Origin: Octopus bimaculoides
Taxonomy: Eukaryota
Assembly: GCF_001194135.2 (NCBI RefSeq)
Contig: NC_068993.1
Location: 9,483,301 to 9,547,300 of the forward strand
Direction: 5' to 3'
Length of the DNA: 64,000 nucleotides
Each line of letters opens with the position of its first letter. The first letter of the stretch is position 1. A program made the translations under genes and the position numbers. Positions 1 to 13,938 of this stretch are shown here, piece after piece. The notes beneath the pieces are model-generated. The model saw only the letters and a list, made by a program, of their open reading frames with translations. It ran no database searches and had not been told where the DNA came from.

Positions 1-255
1 GCAAAGTGTTGAGTAAAATTATTTCGTTGCAGACCTCCTTGGGTCTTTTTATTATCACTACGACACACATAGTCCCCAGTTGGTAACATTGATTTCAAGG
101 CCCTCCTAGATGAGAAACTGGCATTCCACTTAATGTCTATGTTCCATGCTGGCATGGATTGGAGAGTTATTAATGTAGAAATATGGTATCGTAGCTACTA
201 ACAGTTGAGGGTTGCGTAGTCTAGACGGCGTTTTTAGATTTCATTATTTTCTTTA

Positions 256-284
256 ACCCGGGCAAAGCCGGGTATTTCTGCTAG
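256..284 (+). mobile_element. Helitron-type 3' terminus
   Basis: ACCCGG-GCAAAG-CCGGGT hairpin, 7 nt spacer, CTAG followed by T. Confidence 0.65.
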
Positions 285-318
<34 letters not shown>

Positions 319-791
319 AAAGATGGTTTTCCTTCAGTTTCTGTCTACCAAACCCACTCACAAGTCTTTGATTGGCCCAGGGCTATAGAAAACACTTGCT
401 CAAGGTGCCATACAGTGGAACTGAACCTGGAACCATGTAGTTGGGAAGCAGGCTTCTTACCACACAGCCACGCCTGTGTCTATCTGTGTGTGTGTGTGTT
501 TTGCATTCTCCCTCCCCCACCATTAGTGTTGACTTGTTTACATGTCTATAACTTAGAGGTTGGGCAAAAGGTACTGATAGAATAAGTACCAGCTGTAAAA
601 AAAACAAAACAAAAAGTTGCTGGGGCTGGTTTGATTGACTAAACTCTCTTCTAGGTGGTGCCCCAGCTTGGCCACAGCCCAACGACTGAAACAAATAAAA
701 GGGCATAAAAATGAAGCAGTCTTTATTTTGTTTGCAAACTTGTTTTGTAAACAGATATAATTGGAAAAACAAACAACCTCGTGACTCCACA

Positions 792-826
<35 letters not shown>

Positions 827-1068
827 CGAGAAGGGAGGGGAGAGGGAGAGCNNNNNNNNNNNNNNNNNNNNNNNNNNNNNNNNNNNNNNNNNNNNNNNNN
901 NNNNNNNNNNNNNNNNNNNNNNNNNNNNNNNNNNNNNNNNNNNNNNNNNNNNNNNNNNNNNNNNNNNNNNNNNNNNNNNNNNNNNNNNNNNNNNNNNNNN
1001 NNNNNNNNNNNNNNNNNNNNNNNNNNNNNNNNNNNNNNNNNNNNNNNNNNNNNNNNNNNNNNNNNNNN

Positions 1069-1114
<46 letters not shown>

Positions 1115-1639
1115 ACACACACACACACACATATATATTTATTGATTTATTATGTAGGTAGGGAAAAAAATCCAAATTGTGTGTTCTCTTGAAGCAAATA
1201 AAATTTTCCAGATTTCTGTTGCTTTTATGTGTGTGTGTGTGCATAGATAGATAGATGAGTAGATAGATAGATAAAGAGAGAGAGATAGAGAGCCTTATAT
1301 ATCGTATATACATTGTATCTTGGTGTACAAATAGATGTATGGCTGCTACTGTTCTGTTAAGAGCTAGGCATCCAAATGCCCTTGGAACACCCAGTGTAAG
1401 GTTCCAAGCAACCATAATGGTGAAATGTCTGTAAAAAGGCTAAAGACTGTCTTTGGTCATGAACGACCATCAGATTGCACCTACACAAGTTCCCCTCAGA
1501 GGTACATGTCTGGGCAAGGTTGTTTATGGAAGACCAGCAGTCGCCCATGCATACCAACTCTCCTCTTCTTGCCACCAATGTTATCCAAGGCAAAGGCCGA
1601 TACAGCTTGGCCCCAGTGACAATAATAATAATAATTATT

Positions 1640-1870
1640 ATTTCTTTATTGCCCACAAGGGGCTAAACATAGAGGGACAAACAAGGACAGACAAACGGAT
1701 TAAGTCGATTACATCGACCCCAGTGCGTAACTGGTACTTATTTAATCGACCCCGAAAGGATGAAAGGCAAAGTCGACCTCGGCGGAATTTGAACTCAGAA
1801 CATAACGGCAAACGAAATACTGCTAAGCATTTCGCCCGGCGTGCAAACGTTTCTGCCAGCTCGCTAAGGT
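1640..1870 (-). mobile_element. SINE family B (representative; more than 10 copies)
   Basis: GAGCTGGCAGAAACGTT...GAGTTCAAATTCCGCCGAGGTCGACTTTGCCTTTCATCC. Other copies about 7960-8150, 14480-14620, 22210-22610, 34450-34790, 35940-36130, 48160-48550, 50385-50510, 58795-58990. Confidence 0.8.
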
Positions 1871-3779
1871 TGTTTTTCTAGTATATCCATAAACATGTCT
1901 CCCTCATTCTGTATGTAAGCGTATGCTCTCACACACACAGAGACAGACTCACACACTCTACCCTAAGGAGCAGCAACCAATTTCTATCAGGGTTCGTCAA
2001 GCAAGAGTTTGGTTGGTCTGTTTTTGTTTTTTAGTTCATCGTATCAATTACCTTTTCCATTCTTTTTTTTTTTTTCTATAAGATTTCTTTTCAATTGGAA
2101 AGCACTTCTAAAGTACTACAAGCCATTGAGACTTCTCCATTATTTTGCTGTATTCATTATTTTACACCCCTCGGTGGGGAAGCTATTCAGATGGGACCTA
2201 CTTGTGAATGAGGTAAATCGAGCATGCATATGTGTCATATATATATATTCTTTTACTTGTTTTAGTCAGTTGGCTGCGGCCATGCTGGAGCACCATCTTG
2301 AAAAGATTTTTTTTTTTTAAAGCCCAGTATTTATTCTATCAGTCTCTGAACTGCTAGGTTACAGGAACATATATACATCAACATCAGTTGTCAAGCAGTA
2401 AGACTGGGGGACGAACAGATACAAAGACAAACACACACACATGACAGGCTTCTTTCAGTTTCCGTCTACCAAATCCACTCACAAGCTTTGGTGAGCCTGA
2501 AGTTACAGTAGGAGACACTTGCCCAAAGTGCCATGCAGTGGGACTGAACCTGAAACTATGTGGTTCAGAAGCAAGCTTCGCGTGTGTGTGTGTGTGTGTG
2601 TGTGTGTGNNNNNNNNNNNNNNNNNNNNNNNNNNNNNNNNNNNNNNNNNNNNNNNNNNNNNNNNNNNNNNNNNNNNNNNNNNNNNNNNNNNNNNNNNNNN
2701 NNNNNNNNNNNNNNNNNNNNNNNNNNNNNNNNNNNNNNNNNNNNNNNNNNNNNNNNNNNNNNNNNNNNNNNNNNNNNNNNNNNNNNNNNNNNNNNNNNNN
2801 NNNNNNNNNNNNNNNNNNNNNNNNNNNNNNNNNNNNNNNNNNNNNNNNNNNNNNNNNNNNNNNNNNNNNNNNNNNNNNNNNNNNNNNNNNNNNNNNNNNN
2901 NNNNNNNNNNNNNNNNNNNNNNNNNNNNNNNNNNNNNNNNNNNNNNNNNNNNNNNNNNNNNNNNNNNNNNNNNNNNNNNNNNNNNNNNNNNNNNNNNNNN
3001 NNNNNNNNNNNNNNNNNNNNNNNNNNNNNNNNNNNNNNNNNNNNNNNNNNNNNNNNNNNNNNNNNNNNNNNNNNNNNNNNNNNNNNNNNNNNNNNNNNNN
3101 NNNNNNNTTTTTCATAATAAATCACAATATCACCGTAATCTACACCATCTGAAATGTACTTGTAGAAAATTTCAGAAACAAATATCCATTTTTTTTTTAG
3201 AATGTTATAAAAGAACAAAATCAGGATGACCCAATTGATATAAGTACATTAAAACCACTTTTCTTATTCTTCTTTCTATTCCTTCAACAACACCCAACAA
3301 ATATGAAAGGGGACTAGAATCAGCATTACTTGACTGACACTGGATTAAACTTCTCATTTGTAGAAAATAGTATTGCAAATATTTGAGCAACCTTCATATT
3401 TCTAGAAAAGATGTCAAAAGATGCTAGTTTGCAGTGGATAAAAATTAGTTTTCTGATTGATGCACATAAACAAGATTTTCTATAATAAAAGATGCATGAA
3501 AATGACATTTTGATAAAAATATATCAAAACTGTAATTTATATGAATTTTCTAGACGACTTTAATAATTGCTTATTCTTAGTAAAAGTTACATGCTCCAAA
3601 CTAATTGATAAACAACTTTCATTACTATAGTATAGACGCCATTATTTTCAAAATCAATTGAAAGAAAGGCAGCGTATTTTAACAGAAATATGGTAATGAA
3701 AGGGTTAAGGGAAAATACTACAAATTACAAGAACATTTAATAAACTATATGAAAATGCTATAAAAAAATATGATCATAC

Positions 3780-4013
3780 CATCATGATTTTGAGAATCGT
3801 CAGTTGCAAGAACCGTCTTGTTTGAAGAGGAAGTAGAATCACCAGTTTCAATTCCCAGTTGAACATCAGACAGTTCTGTGGACGGTGAGGATGATCTTTC
3901 TTTATTTCCAACTAATTCCTCATTTTTCTCCAAAGTGGTCAAGGCAGAAGCAGCCGACCCACCTGCTTTCTTTGCCGTCGAACGTTTCTTCACCTTCACA
4001 CTTCTCTTGATGT
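3780..4013 (-). CDS. GEMIN5: Probable Gemin5 exon 15, basic/acidic linker (IKRSVKVKKRSTAKKAGG...ATDDSQNHD)
   Basis: CTTCCAG acceptor, G|GTATGA donor, phase 1 to 1 (compatible with exon 14); K-rich then S/E-rich like the Gemin5 post-WD linker; assignment across a 26-kb intron is inference. Confidence 0.7.
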
Positions 4014-4167
4014 CTGGAAGAATAAAATCTACTTTTAGAATAGATCGGAAGATATCATAATGAAGTGGATGATTGCATGTCTGAATTTATTAGATGAGAC
4101 AAATGGACAGACTGACCGAGACAGACAGCATGGAGGAATGGTGATCAGTAGCCATAGACACACACAC

Positions 4168-4226
<59 letters not shown>

Positions 4227-4824
4227 GGGTTGGTAGGTAGATAGATAAGTAAATAAAGGTAGCTAGCTAAATCAATATAGAGAGCTAGCAAGGGAGACAG
4301 AAAGATAAACTGAGAAATAGATAGATAGATAATTTGATAAGGCAGCTAGACAAACTGAAAGGTAACTATATAATTAAACTGTGCTAAATGATCAAAACGT
4401 AATTTAATACACAGACATGTGTGTGTGTGTTTACCTGTATATAAAAGAGAAGATGATGAAAGAGAAGATGATGAGAAACTGACAAAATAATGGACTGTAA
4501 GAGTGCAAGTGTTTATATTTTCTTTCTGTTTCTCTTTTAGTGCTTTCAATACAGTCACATTCCCAGGTAATACTTGTAGCGGTATTAGTTGATTGCATTG
4601 AGCCCCATACTTTGTCTGGCACTTAACTGTATTGAACTTGTAATGGTAAAAGGTTAACTTCACCTTGACAGAAAGGGACATGGTCTATATGGAACTAAAT
4701 ACTCCTAAGATTTTGTTGCATCCTTTTTTTTTTGAAATAATTTGACATTAAATTTGTTCATCCATTTCTAATATACACAAATAGATAAATATGTGTGTAA
4801 ACACAGACACACCTGTCACCATCA

Positions 4825-5260
4825 TTTAATGTCTACTTTTCCATGCTTACATGAGTTTAGTGTCCAATGAAGGAAGGTACGCATAAGTGGGCTGGCTACA
4901 CCCCTGGCAGAGGCCTTGGATTTAGGTCTCACTTGGCTTGCCGGGTCTTCTCACGCACAGCATAATTCCAAAGGTCTCGGTCAGAAGTCATCGCCTCGGT
5001 GAAGCCCAATGTTCGAAGGTTGTGCCTCACCACCTCATTCCAGGTCTTCCTGGGCCTACCTCTTCTACAGGTTCCCTCAACTGCTAGAGTGTGGCACTTT
5101 TTCACACAGCTATCCTCATCCATTCTCGCTACATGACCATACCAGCGCAATCGTCTCTCTTGCACACCACAACTGATGCTTCTTAGGTTCAACTTTTCTC
5201 TCAAGGTACTTACACTCTGTCAGGTATGCACACGGACATTACACAACGTTAATTTACAGG
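4825..5260 (-). mobile_element. RTE-clade LINE 3' fragment
   Basis: RRLRWYGHVARMDEDSCVKKCHTLAVEGTCRRGRPRKTW, a typical RTE ORF C-terminus; (CAT)-like tail. Confidence 0.85.
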
Positions 5261-5799
5261 GGACACAAACACACCAGCGCCGGTTGTCAAGCAGTGATGG
5301 CGTAACAAATACAGACACAAAGTCATACATATATACACATGACAGACTTCTTTCAGTTTCTGCCTACCAAATCCACTCGCAAGGCTTTGATCAGCACCAG
5401 GCTATAGAAGAAAACACTTGCCTACGGTGCCACGCAGTGGAACTGAACCCAGAAACATGTGGTTGGGAAGTGAGCTTCTTACCATACATCCACTCCTGCA
5501 CCTATATATATATATATATATATGCATACATGTGTATATATGCACACACAGAAATTGTTTACTATCACTAGTTTTGTCATTAATTAACGAAGATATATAA
5601 AACAAACCCTTTTCAAATTAATGACAAGCAACATCCCTTAATACAGGTTGTTCTTCTTTAAATATATTGTTAATTCTGCCTCTTAACTCAATATAAATCC
5701 CCCCCTACTGTTTTTTTTTATATTGTTTTTGTATCTTATCTTTGTACTGTCCCCCAAAATCTTCGGTCCTTGCAACCAATAAAAGATATTATTAAGAAT

Positions 5800-6860
5800 G
5801 AAAGAAAACCATCACCACCATCAACACTATCATCATCATCATCATCATCATCATCACTATCATCATCTTCATCGCCATTATCATCATCACTATTAGCATC
5901 CTCATCACAACCACTACCACCACCACCATCATCACTATAATCATCACATCATTGTCTTCGGTACCCACAATTGCTAATTGCAGGATGCATGGCGACTCTC
6001 TTGCTGTTGTGATGTCAGCAACAGTGGTGGTGTTGGAGGTGGAGTAGTATGAGGAGGAGGAAGAAGGATTGCACACAGTCTCTCTCTGTCCTCCCCCACT
6101 CTCTCTCTCTCTCTCTCCTTCTACCTCTCTGTGCCTTGTCTATGTATTGTGGTAAGCTAAACATGTCATTAGTACAGTTAATTAAACACTAAAATTGTTA
6201 GTTTTAGGAAATGTTAACTGGGTATAAAAATACAGCCTGCTCATCCTGAAATTTGATTTTGAATTTCAAACAACAATTATGGTGGTGGTGGATGAGATGG
6301 TGGTGGTGGTGGTTGTTGAAAGATGTGATTCTGGAGGTGGTGGTAGTCGATATGAAGATGGTGGTGTTGGCAGTGACAGTGATGCTGGCTATGTGATGGT
6401 CATGTATTCCAACCCCTGCCAACTCAGCCCTGACTGAATAAGCCTATGATGACCAAAGAAATTCCAGCCATGGCCACCACATCTTTTAGCGACACATTGA
6501 CTAGACAGGGACATTTGGCTGCTATTTCTAACAAGCTGAGCAATAAGCATAAAAGGGCTGATAGGGGGAGGGAGGTGTCTGGTGGTAGTGGTAGGAGTAG
6601 AAGAGGCAGGCAGTCATGGAAATGGTATAAAGTTATTGGTAAGGATGTAGTGTTGCTTACACAGTGGTGGTGCTGATGGTGTCAGTGGTGATGGCAAAGG
6701 TGGTAGCAATGGTAGTGGCCGTGGAAATGGTACTGATAGCAATGGTGATGGTGGTGGTGGTGGTAGGGAGGTAGTATTGTTGATAGTGGTTGCATGGTAT
6801 TAGTGGCGATGACTGCTGTAGCATTATTGTTGACAGTAATGAGGTGGTCGTGGCCATGCA
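5800..6860. repeat. Degenerate trinucleotide microsatellite fields (CAT/CAC, GGT/GAT)
   Basis: Visible in sequence; produces the poly-M/H/T pseudo-ORFs. Confidence 0.9.
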
Positions 6861-9149
6861 GCAGCAACAGTAGCAGGCCTTGACATTTAGTTACGTCTTG
6901 GTAGATCTCATTAAAGCGAAGAATTTTTGAAATTATTGAAAATTGTTCAATTGTATATTTTCCAATTTAATGAAGCACACTTGAAGTTTATTTGCATGAG
7001 ATGGTTCTCTGAGTAATTAAATTAACGAATATTTTGATTCTTGTCTTCAACACCAATATTAGCATCACCACATTGGAGTTATAAACACTTGCTCGACCTA
7101 CTAGTAACAGCAGCTAAATATCCTTCAAATCACACCTTGCTGTCTTCGATTAAGAAAGAATATTGTGTGTGTGGCCTTCTCTTAATATCATGTAATAGTT
7201 GTAAATGAGCATCACTGTCATACAAGCAGTGTTGTCAGTTTTCAGTCCTCTATGAAAAATATGTCTAGCTATGGGGAAATATCAGATTATTTAGAAACGG
7301 GTGAGGGCTGGTGGCAGGAAGGAAGGAAGGAAAGGAGACCTGGCCATAGAAACTTTGTCCCGACAAATTCCATTTGACCCATTCAAACAAGGAAAAGTGG
7401 ACATTAAAACACTGGTGGTGATGACTCTTGAGCCAGTGAGAAGGACCAAACGACTCAAATGACAAACCGACTCATTCAGTGTGTCGCTAACGGTTGGTGA
7501 TAATGAGTCAGAACTACCAAAATATGGTAAATCACAGAGTCTGGGTTTGTTTAGTTCAACAACAGGGGTTTGTTCAAGTACGGATGAAGAAGATCATTAT
7601 CATCATCATCATTTAACATCCGTTGTCCATGCTGGCATGGGCTGGACAGTTTGAGCAGGGCTGGCAAGTTGGATGCCCTTCCTAATGCTAAAACCACTCC
7701 GAGAGTGTTACGGGTGCTTTTATGTACCACCGGCACAGGTACCATTTGCACGACACTTGTATCGGTCACAACTGCAATTTTACTTGGCTTGATGGGTCTT
7801 CTTCTCAAACACAACATAATGCCAAAGGTCTCGGGTATTTGTCATTGCCTCTGCGAGGCCCAACACTCGAAAGGTGCTTTTCACATGCCAATGGCATCAG
7901 CCACTTTGGCTCTGTGAAGCTCAATGCTCAAAAGGTGCTTATTTTTTTTTTTCTTCTATTCTAGGCACAAGGCTCGAAATTTTGGAGGAGGGAGCAGTCA
8001 ATTAGATCACTCTCAGTATGCAACTGGTACTTAATTTATCGACCCTGAAAGGATGAAAGGCAAAGTCGACCTCAGAACGTAAAGACAGACGCAATATCGC
8101 AAAGCATTTCATCCGGCGTGCTAACGTTTCTGCCAGCTCGCCGCCTCAAAAGGTGCTTTTTATGTGCCACCAGCACGGGTGCCAATTATGTGCCACCAGC
8201 ACGGGTGCCAATTATGTGACACCAAGCAACGGCCATGACTACGATTTCACTTGGCTTAACAGGAAGTTGCCAAATACAGATCAAGTCTGTTTTGCTCACT
8301 TTTAATTAATCTCACCACATAAACAATTCACTAGTAATGAAAGCATGCTATAATGCAACTTGATGCAATATGCAATAAGACAGACATGTCTTATTACACT
8401 CTTCACAAATAAACAACACTAATGGTGTTTGAGCAAAACAACTGAAGCATGACATAAAGAGTGTAGGACTTATTTGGTAATTCCAGATATATGCTTTAGG
8501 TCTCATCGACAAAAAATCTGAAACTACTATAGGCAGACTAAATGCTGCTAGTTTATCTTTCCCATCTAAGCTGTAAAAGAAATAATAAAATCATCCAAAC
8601 ACATATGAAAACAAACTGGAGCACAACATGTTGGAATAGACCCAAATTTGTTACACTGCACTCAAAACATCTATAATGGTTGTATGATGGGATGTGTGCA
8701 ACATGATCCCAGACAAGACTAGAGTATAACATGTTGAAGGTTTATAGAACATGAGAGTGAAGGCATGTGATCTAGTGGTTAGGGTACTGCATTCATGATC
8801 ACAAGATCATGGTTTCAGTTCCTGGACTGGGTGGTCCGTTTGTGTTCCATCCTTGAGCAATACACTATCCCATGATGCTCTACTCCACTCAGCTGAGAAT
8901 GAGTAAGCCTGTGACGGACAGGTGTCCCATTTAAGAGAGAATGTGATTTCAGCTATTCATGCACAATGGAAACTGGATAATCGGATCTACGAGTTCCAGG
9001 ATCCAAAGAATAGGGGGTTATAACTAAACACACACATATTATCTCATAGTAACTATGGCAACAGTCCGAATACTTATTGATCAGACCATGTATAAAAACC
9101 CATGCCAGCATGGAAAACAGACATTAAATGATGATAATGATGATGATAT

Positions 9150-9182
<33 letters not shown>

Positions 9183-9194
9183 AAATAGCACAGG

Positions 9195-9570
9195 CATGGC
9201 TGTATGGTAATAAGTCTGCTTCCCAACCACATGATTCTGGTTCAGGTCCACTGTGTGAGATACCTTGGGTAAGCATCTTCTACTATGGCCTTGATCTTGC
9301 CAAAGAATTGTGAGAGGATTTGGTAGATGGAAACTGAAAGAAGACTGTCATATATGTGTGTGTGTGGTTTGTTCCCCATCACTGCTTGACAACTGGTGTT
9401 GGCTTGCTTACATCCCCATAACTTAGTGGTTCAGCTAAAGAGACTGACAGAATAAGTACCAGGCTTAAAAATATTTTGTAAGTAATGGGTTCAATTCATT
9501 TGATTAAAATTTCTTCAAGGCGCTGCCCCAGCATGGCAGCAGTCTGATGACTGATACAAGTCAGAAAAAA
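9195..9570 (+). mobile_element. tRNA-derived SINE, family A (representative; about 20 copies)
   Basis: GGCTGTGTGGTAAG...GGTTCAGTCCC head, internal (GT/AT)n, CAGTC-AAAT-GACTG stem-loop and (AAAAGAGT)n tail. Other copies about 320-720, 2255-2580, 5270-5490, 12045-12210, 14995-15260, 16503-17385, 22850-23165, 38845-39225, 43190-43560, 44445-44620, 47590-47700, 57420-57575, 59335-59740, 63895-64000. Confidence 0.85.
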
Positions 9571-10489
9571 AAAAAAGAAAAACAAGGCTCCTATATGGAC
9601 ACCAAACCCTGCTTAGCAACTTTAGTTTAAAATCTTAACTAAAACCTCCAGATATATCAAAATATATTGAACAGCAAATGAAATGGTATAGAACCAACCT
9701 ACCAGCCTTCACCTGTTGTAACCCAACCCAATTCCTCTCTTTATAATGGTATGTAAAGAACAGCTCCAAGACTAAATTCAGGTGAACCATTTTAAAATCA
9801 GTCAAATCAGATTTCTAACATCTGATTAGCTACTTTAAGCAACGACAGATTGGATGAGGTTAGTTATTCAGAAAGGTATCCGACACAGCAATGCTGAAGC
9901 ACATTTTACATTCTGTAAATGCAGATATTTAACCTATATTTTTAGAATGCAATCCGATTCTAAATTCATCTCTGGCAATGCATTAAGACACAATTAGAAG
10001 ACATTAATTATAGATTGAAGAATTGCTCGAGTCATTCTGCACAAACATTGCTATTATTAGAACGAAAATACATGCTATATCAATTAAACAACACTAGGTG
10101 AATTAGCTTTTCTACCCAAAATCAAAGATTTGGAGTCAAGCAAATTGTTAAAAAATTTAATTAATGTTTATATCAACTTCTGCTCTGTGGATCAATCAAT
10201 AGTACAACTACAAAGATTTCTCAATTTAATATGATATCAGACTGGAGCCTGGTGTTGCCATCCGGTTTCACCAGTCCTCAGTCAAATCGTCCAACCCATG
10301 CTAGCATGGAAAGCGGACGTTAAACGATGATGATATACTTGTTAAAACACTGCGTATATACTTCTTCAAATATAGTGTATATACTTGTTAAAATTACAGT
10401 GTTTATACAGTATATATACTTGTTAAAATATTGTGTATATATACACTTGTTGAAATAGAGTATATATACTAGTTAAAATATAGAATATA

Positions 10490-10545
10490 CAAGGGGCTGT
10501 TGGAAAGTTCCTGGCTTTTAGGGTATAGTGAAAGGCCTGGGGGAA
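10490..10545 (+). mobile_element. Mariner-like terminal inverted repeat fragment
   Basis: TA|CAAGGGGCTGTTGGAAAGTTCCTGGC after a TA dinucleotide. Confidence 0.5.
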
Positions 10546-10601
10546 ATTTCGAACCTGGGTTCTTATTCCTAAGGTATTTTCGATATTATTATTATTATTC
10601 A

Positions 10602-10674
10602 GGTCACTGCCTGGAATCGAACTCAGAATTTTGGGGTTAGTAGCCTGCGCCCTTAACCACTACGCCATATGCCC
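10602..10674 (-). mobile_element. tRNA-like SINE head
   Basis: GGGCATATGGCGTAGTGGTTAAG (A box)...GAGTTCGATTCC (B box); imperfect cloverleaf followed by SINE body, so not called a tRNA. Confidence 0.7.
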
Positions 10675-10720
10675 ATGACATATTACTTTATTATTTGTGA
10701 ATTTATGAAATTCTTATTAA

Positions 10721-10942
10721 TCCTTTACCATTTAAACCAGCCTTATTCAGCCCAAATATTATACCTATTTTATGCACAGGTTAGCCATTATTCAGCCTCT
10801 CACACCTACCCTACAATGTCATACTAAAAATAAATAAGCACATCGTCGAAATCTCAACACGAAAAGATAATTCCTGATAAATTCAAAACAATGTCAATAA
10901 ATAAAGCATTACATTTGATGGAGTAATGTGAATGCTAAAGGG
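10721..10942. mobile_element. piggyBac-type MITE
   Basis: TTAA at 10717-20 and 10943-46; termini TCCTTTA...TAAAGGG. Confidence 0.7.
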
Positions 10943-11000
10943 TTAAAGAAAAAAAAACTCGATATTAGATGTAATTAGACAGTTTGTAAGGTGTAACTGT

Positions 11001-11340
11001 GGAGGCACAATGGCCCAGTGGTTAGGGCATCAGACTCGCGATCATAGGATCACAGCTTCGATTCCCAGACCGGGCGTTGTGAGTGTTTATTGAGCGAAAA
11101 CACCTAAAGCTCCACGAGGCTCCGGCAGGGGATGGTGGCAAACCCTGCTGTACTCTTTCCCCACAACTTTCTCTCACTCTTACTTCCTGTCTCTGTTATG
11201 CCTGTAATTCAAAGGGGCCAGCCTTGTCACACTGTGTCACGCTGAATCTCCCCCTAGAACTACGTTAATTTCACAAGCTGGCTGTTCCGTTGATCGTATC
11301 AACTGGAACCCTCGTCGTCGTAAGCGACGGAGTGCCAAGA
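11001..11340 (+). mobile_element. tRNA-derived SINE, family C
   Basis: A box TGGCCCAGTGG, B box TTCGATTCC; second copy on the minus strand at about 57660-58095. Confidence 0.8.
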
Positions 11341-12207
11341 GAGTGCAAACAACAAAGGTATAACTAGACATTGTATGAGGTGTAATAACACTTATTTCAG
11401 ATGGTTTTAGCTTTGTTCTTTACATAAAAAGTCCCTTCAAATAATTCGCTCAGCAGACATTAAGGGAAACCAAGGAGGTTGCAGCTACACAAGGCTAGCA
11501 ATAACCAACTTCTACATAACAACACCATTACTGTTTTAACATCTGTCTGTTTAACCACATCAACACGGGTTTATGCTGCCACATTCAGAAAAGTAGCAGT
11601 GGTGGTGATGGTGACAACATCTGTTTAATCTAACAGCAAGATGTCTTGAAGCCTTAGGAATTGTGTTTTCTTAAACATGACTGTCTCAAAATGTATTTGT
11701 TTATCATTAGGTTGTTGCCAATGTCACAAAATATTTTCACTCCAGCACATCATCACCTTCAATTCTTTTTTTCTTTTCTTTTTTTTTTTTTTTTTTTTGA
11801 AAAAATATCAGGTGTGTACCAGAGACAGAGAGAGAGAAAGAGAAAATGAAAGAAGGAAACACATAACAATACTATTCTGCAAGTTTCAGCCTCTGGACTG
11901 TAGCCATGCTTAATAAGATTTTCTAGAAATTTCTGTACATGTAAAATAAAATGGCCATATTATTATGGTGCTAGGTTATTGACCAATGAGACACAATTGA
12001 CCAATGAGACACAAGTTAAAATCTTGCTATAATTTACTGTAAATTGCGCTGGCATGGCTCTGTGGTTAAGAGGTTTGCTTCCCAACCCCATGGTTCTGGG
12101 TTCAGTCCCATGATGTGACAGCTTAGGAAAGTGCCATTCACTATAGCTCTGGGCCAACCAGAAAGCTTTGGGAGTGGATATGGCATTTGGAAACTGAAAG
12201 AACACCA

Positions 12208-12238
<31 letters not shown>

Positions 12239-12419
12239 GAAATAGACATGACGAGAAGAGACATATGGAACAGGAAGTCGCTGAAGAGGTCACAGAATGT
12301 GTGGTTAAAGAACTCTGACAAATAAAGCAAGCATAAAAATAATAAATCTGAAGTGAAGCTTAAATAGCGTGTTTAATCAGCAAAAGATAATCATCCCCAA
12401 ATATGACAATATGTATGTA

Positions 12420-12720
12420 TGTGAAGGCACATGGCTCAGTGGTTAGAGCACTGGGCTCACAATCATGAGGTAGTGAGTTCAATTCCAAGACTAGACTGTG
12501 TTATATTCACGTTGCTCCAGTTCACTCAGCTGTAGAAATAAGTTGCAACGTCACTGGGTGCCAAGCTGTATCGGCCCCTTTGCCTTTCCCTTGGATAATA
12601 TCGGTGGTGTGGACAGGGGAAGCTGGCATGCATGGGCCATTGCTGGTCTTCCACAAAATAACCCTGCCCAGATTTGTGCCTTGGAGGGGAACTGTCTAGG
12701 TGCAATCCCATTTGTGACCG
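12420..12720 (+). mobile_element. tRNA-derived SINE, family D
   Basis: TGGCTCAGTGGTTAG...GAGTTCAATTCC head; related copies at about 1340-1620, 8755-8900 and 24380-24700. Confidence 0.7.
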
Positions 12721-13905
12721 AAGGATGTTTTTATGTATGTATGTGTATATGCAAGTCTGTGTCTCCTTGTTTCGACATCACATGATAGTTGTAAATGGGT
12801 GTCACTGTCATACAAGCGGTGTTGTTCATTTCCAATATGCTGTGAGAACATGTCTGGCTTTGGGGGAAATATTTACCTTGCTTGAAGAAAAGTGAGGGTT
12901 TGTGACAGGAAAGGCATCCAACCACAGAAAATCTGTCTCTCTCAAATAAACTCCGTCCAACCCATACAAGCAGCACAGAAACGAGGACGTTGAATAACGA
13001 TGACAACAACAACAACAACGTCTTACTCTCACCATCACCCCCACTTCACCCCCCACCAGACTAGCTATAAACATGACTTTGTCTTGCATCACTTTACTTA
13101 ACATTTAAACNNNNNNNNNNNNNNNNNNNNNNNNNNNNNNNNNNNNNNNNNNNNNNNNNNNNNNNNNNNNNNNNNNNNNNNNNNNNNNNNNNNNNNNNNN
13201 NNNNNNNNNNNNNNNNNNNNNNNNNNNNNNNNNNNNNNNNNNNNNNNNNNNNNNNNNNNNNNNNNNNNNNNNNNNNNNNNNNNNNNNNNNNNNNNNNNNN
13301 NNNNNNNNNNNNNNNNNNNNNNNNNNNNNNNNNNNNNNNNNNNNNNNNNNNNNNNNNNNNNNNNNNNNNNNNNNNNNNNNNNNNNNNNNNNNNNNNNNNN
13401 NNNNNNNNNNNNNNNNNNNNNNNNNNNNNNNNNNNNNNNNNNNNNNNNNNNNNNNNNNNNNNNNNNNNNNNNNNNNNNNNNNNNNNNNNNNNNNNNNNNN
13501 NNNNNNNNNNNNNNNNNNNNNNNNNNNNNNNNNNNNNNNNNNNNNNNNNNNNNNNNNNNNNNNNNNNNNNNNNNNNNNNNNNNNNNNNNNNNNNNNNNNN
13601 GCAGTCACATCCACTGAATCGAGGGTGGGAGAGATGTTCCGCCAGGCCGAGGGTGGGACGGACATTCCACTGGATCTCGCGGTTGGGAGGGATGTTTGTG
13701 TTTGCTTTTGTGACTACAAAGGCATGTAAAACAATTATCAAAAGCACGGTACATGCTACCGAGTCACCTTTGACTCTGAGAGCAATGGTGGTGACAGTAA
13801 TAGTGGTGGTGGTGGTGGTATAAGTAGTAGCGGTGGTGGTGATAGCAGCAGCAGCAGTGTAGTAGTAGTAGGAGTATGAGTAGTAGTAGGAGGAGGAGTA
13901 GTAGA

Positions 13906-13938
<33 letters not shown>

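Noticed and set aside
3205-3508. Short minus-strand ORFs just downstream of Gemin5 exon 15
   Set aside because: Candidate acceptors give stops in the required phase, there is no Gemin5 similarity, and the region ends in AAAGGG-TTAA like a piggyBac-type element.
8160-8225. Short direct repeats (ATGTGCCACCAGCACGGGTGCCAATT x2; similar motifs elsewhere)
   Set aside because: Minisatellite within RTE 3'-UTR-derived repeats; no unique spacers and a eukaryotic context, so not CRISPR.
10602-10674. tRNA-gene-like sequence (also heads at 11001 and 12420)
   Set aside because: Acceptor and anticodon stems are imperfect and run into SINE bodies; called SINE heads, not tRNAs.
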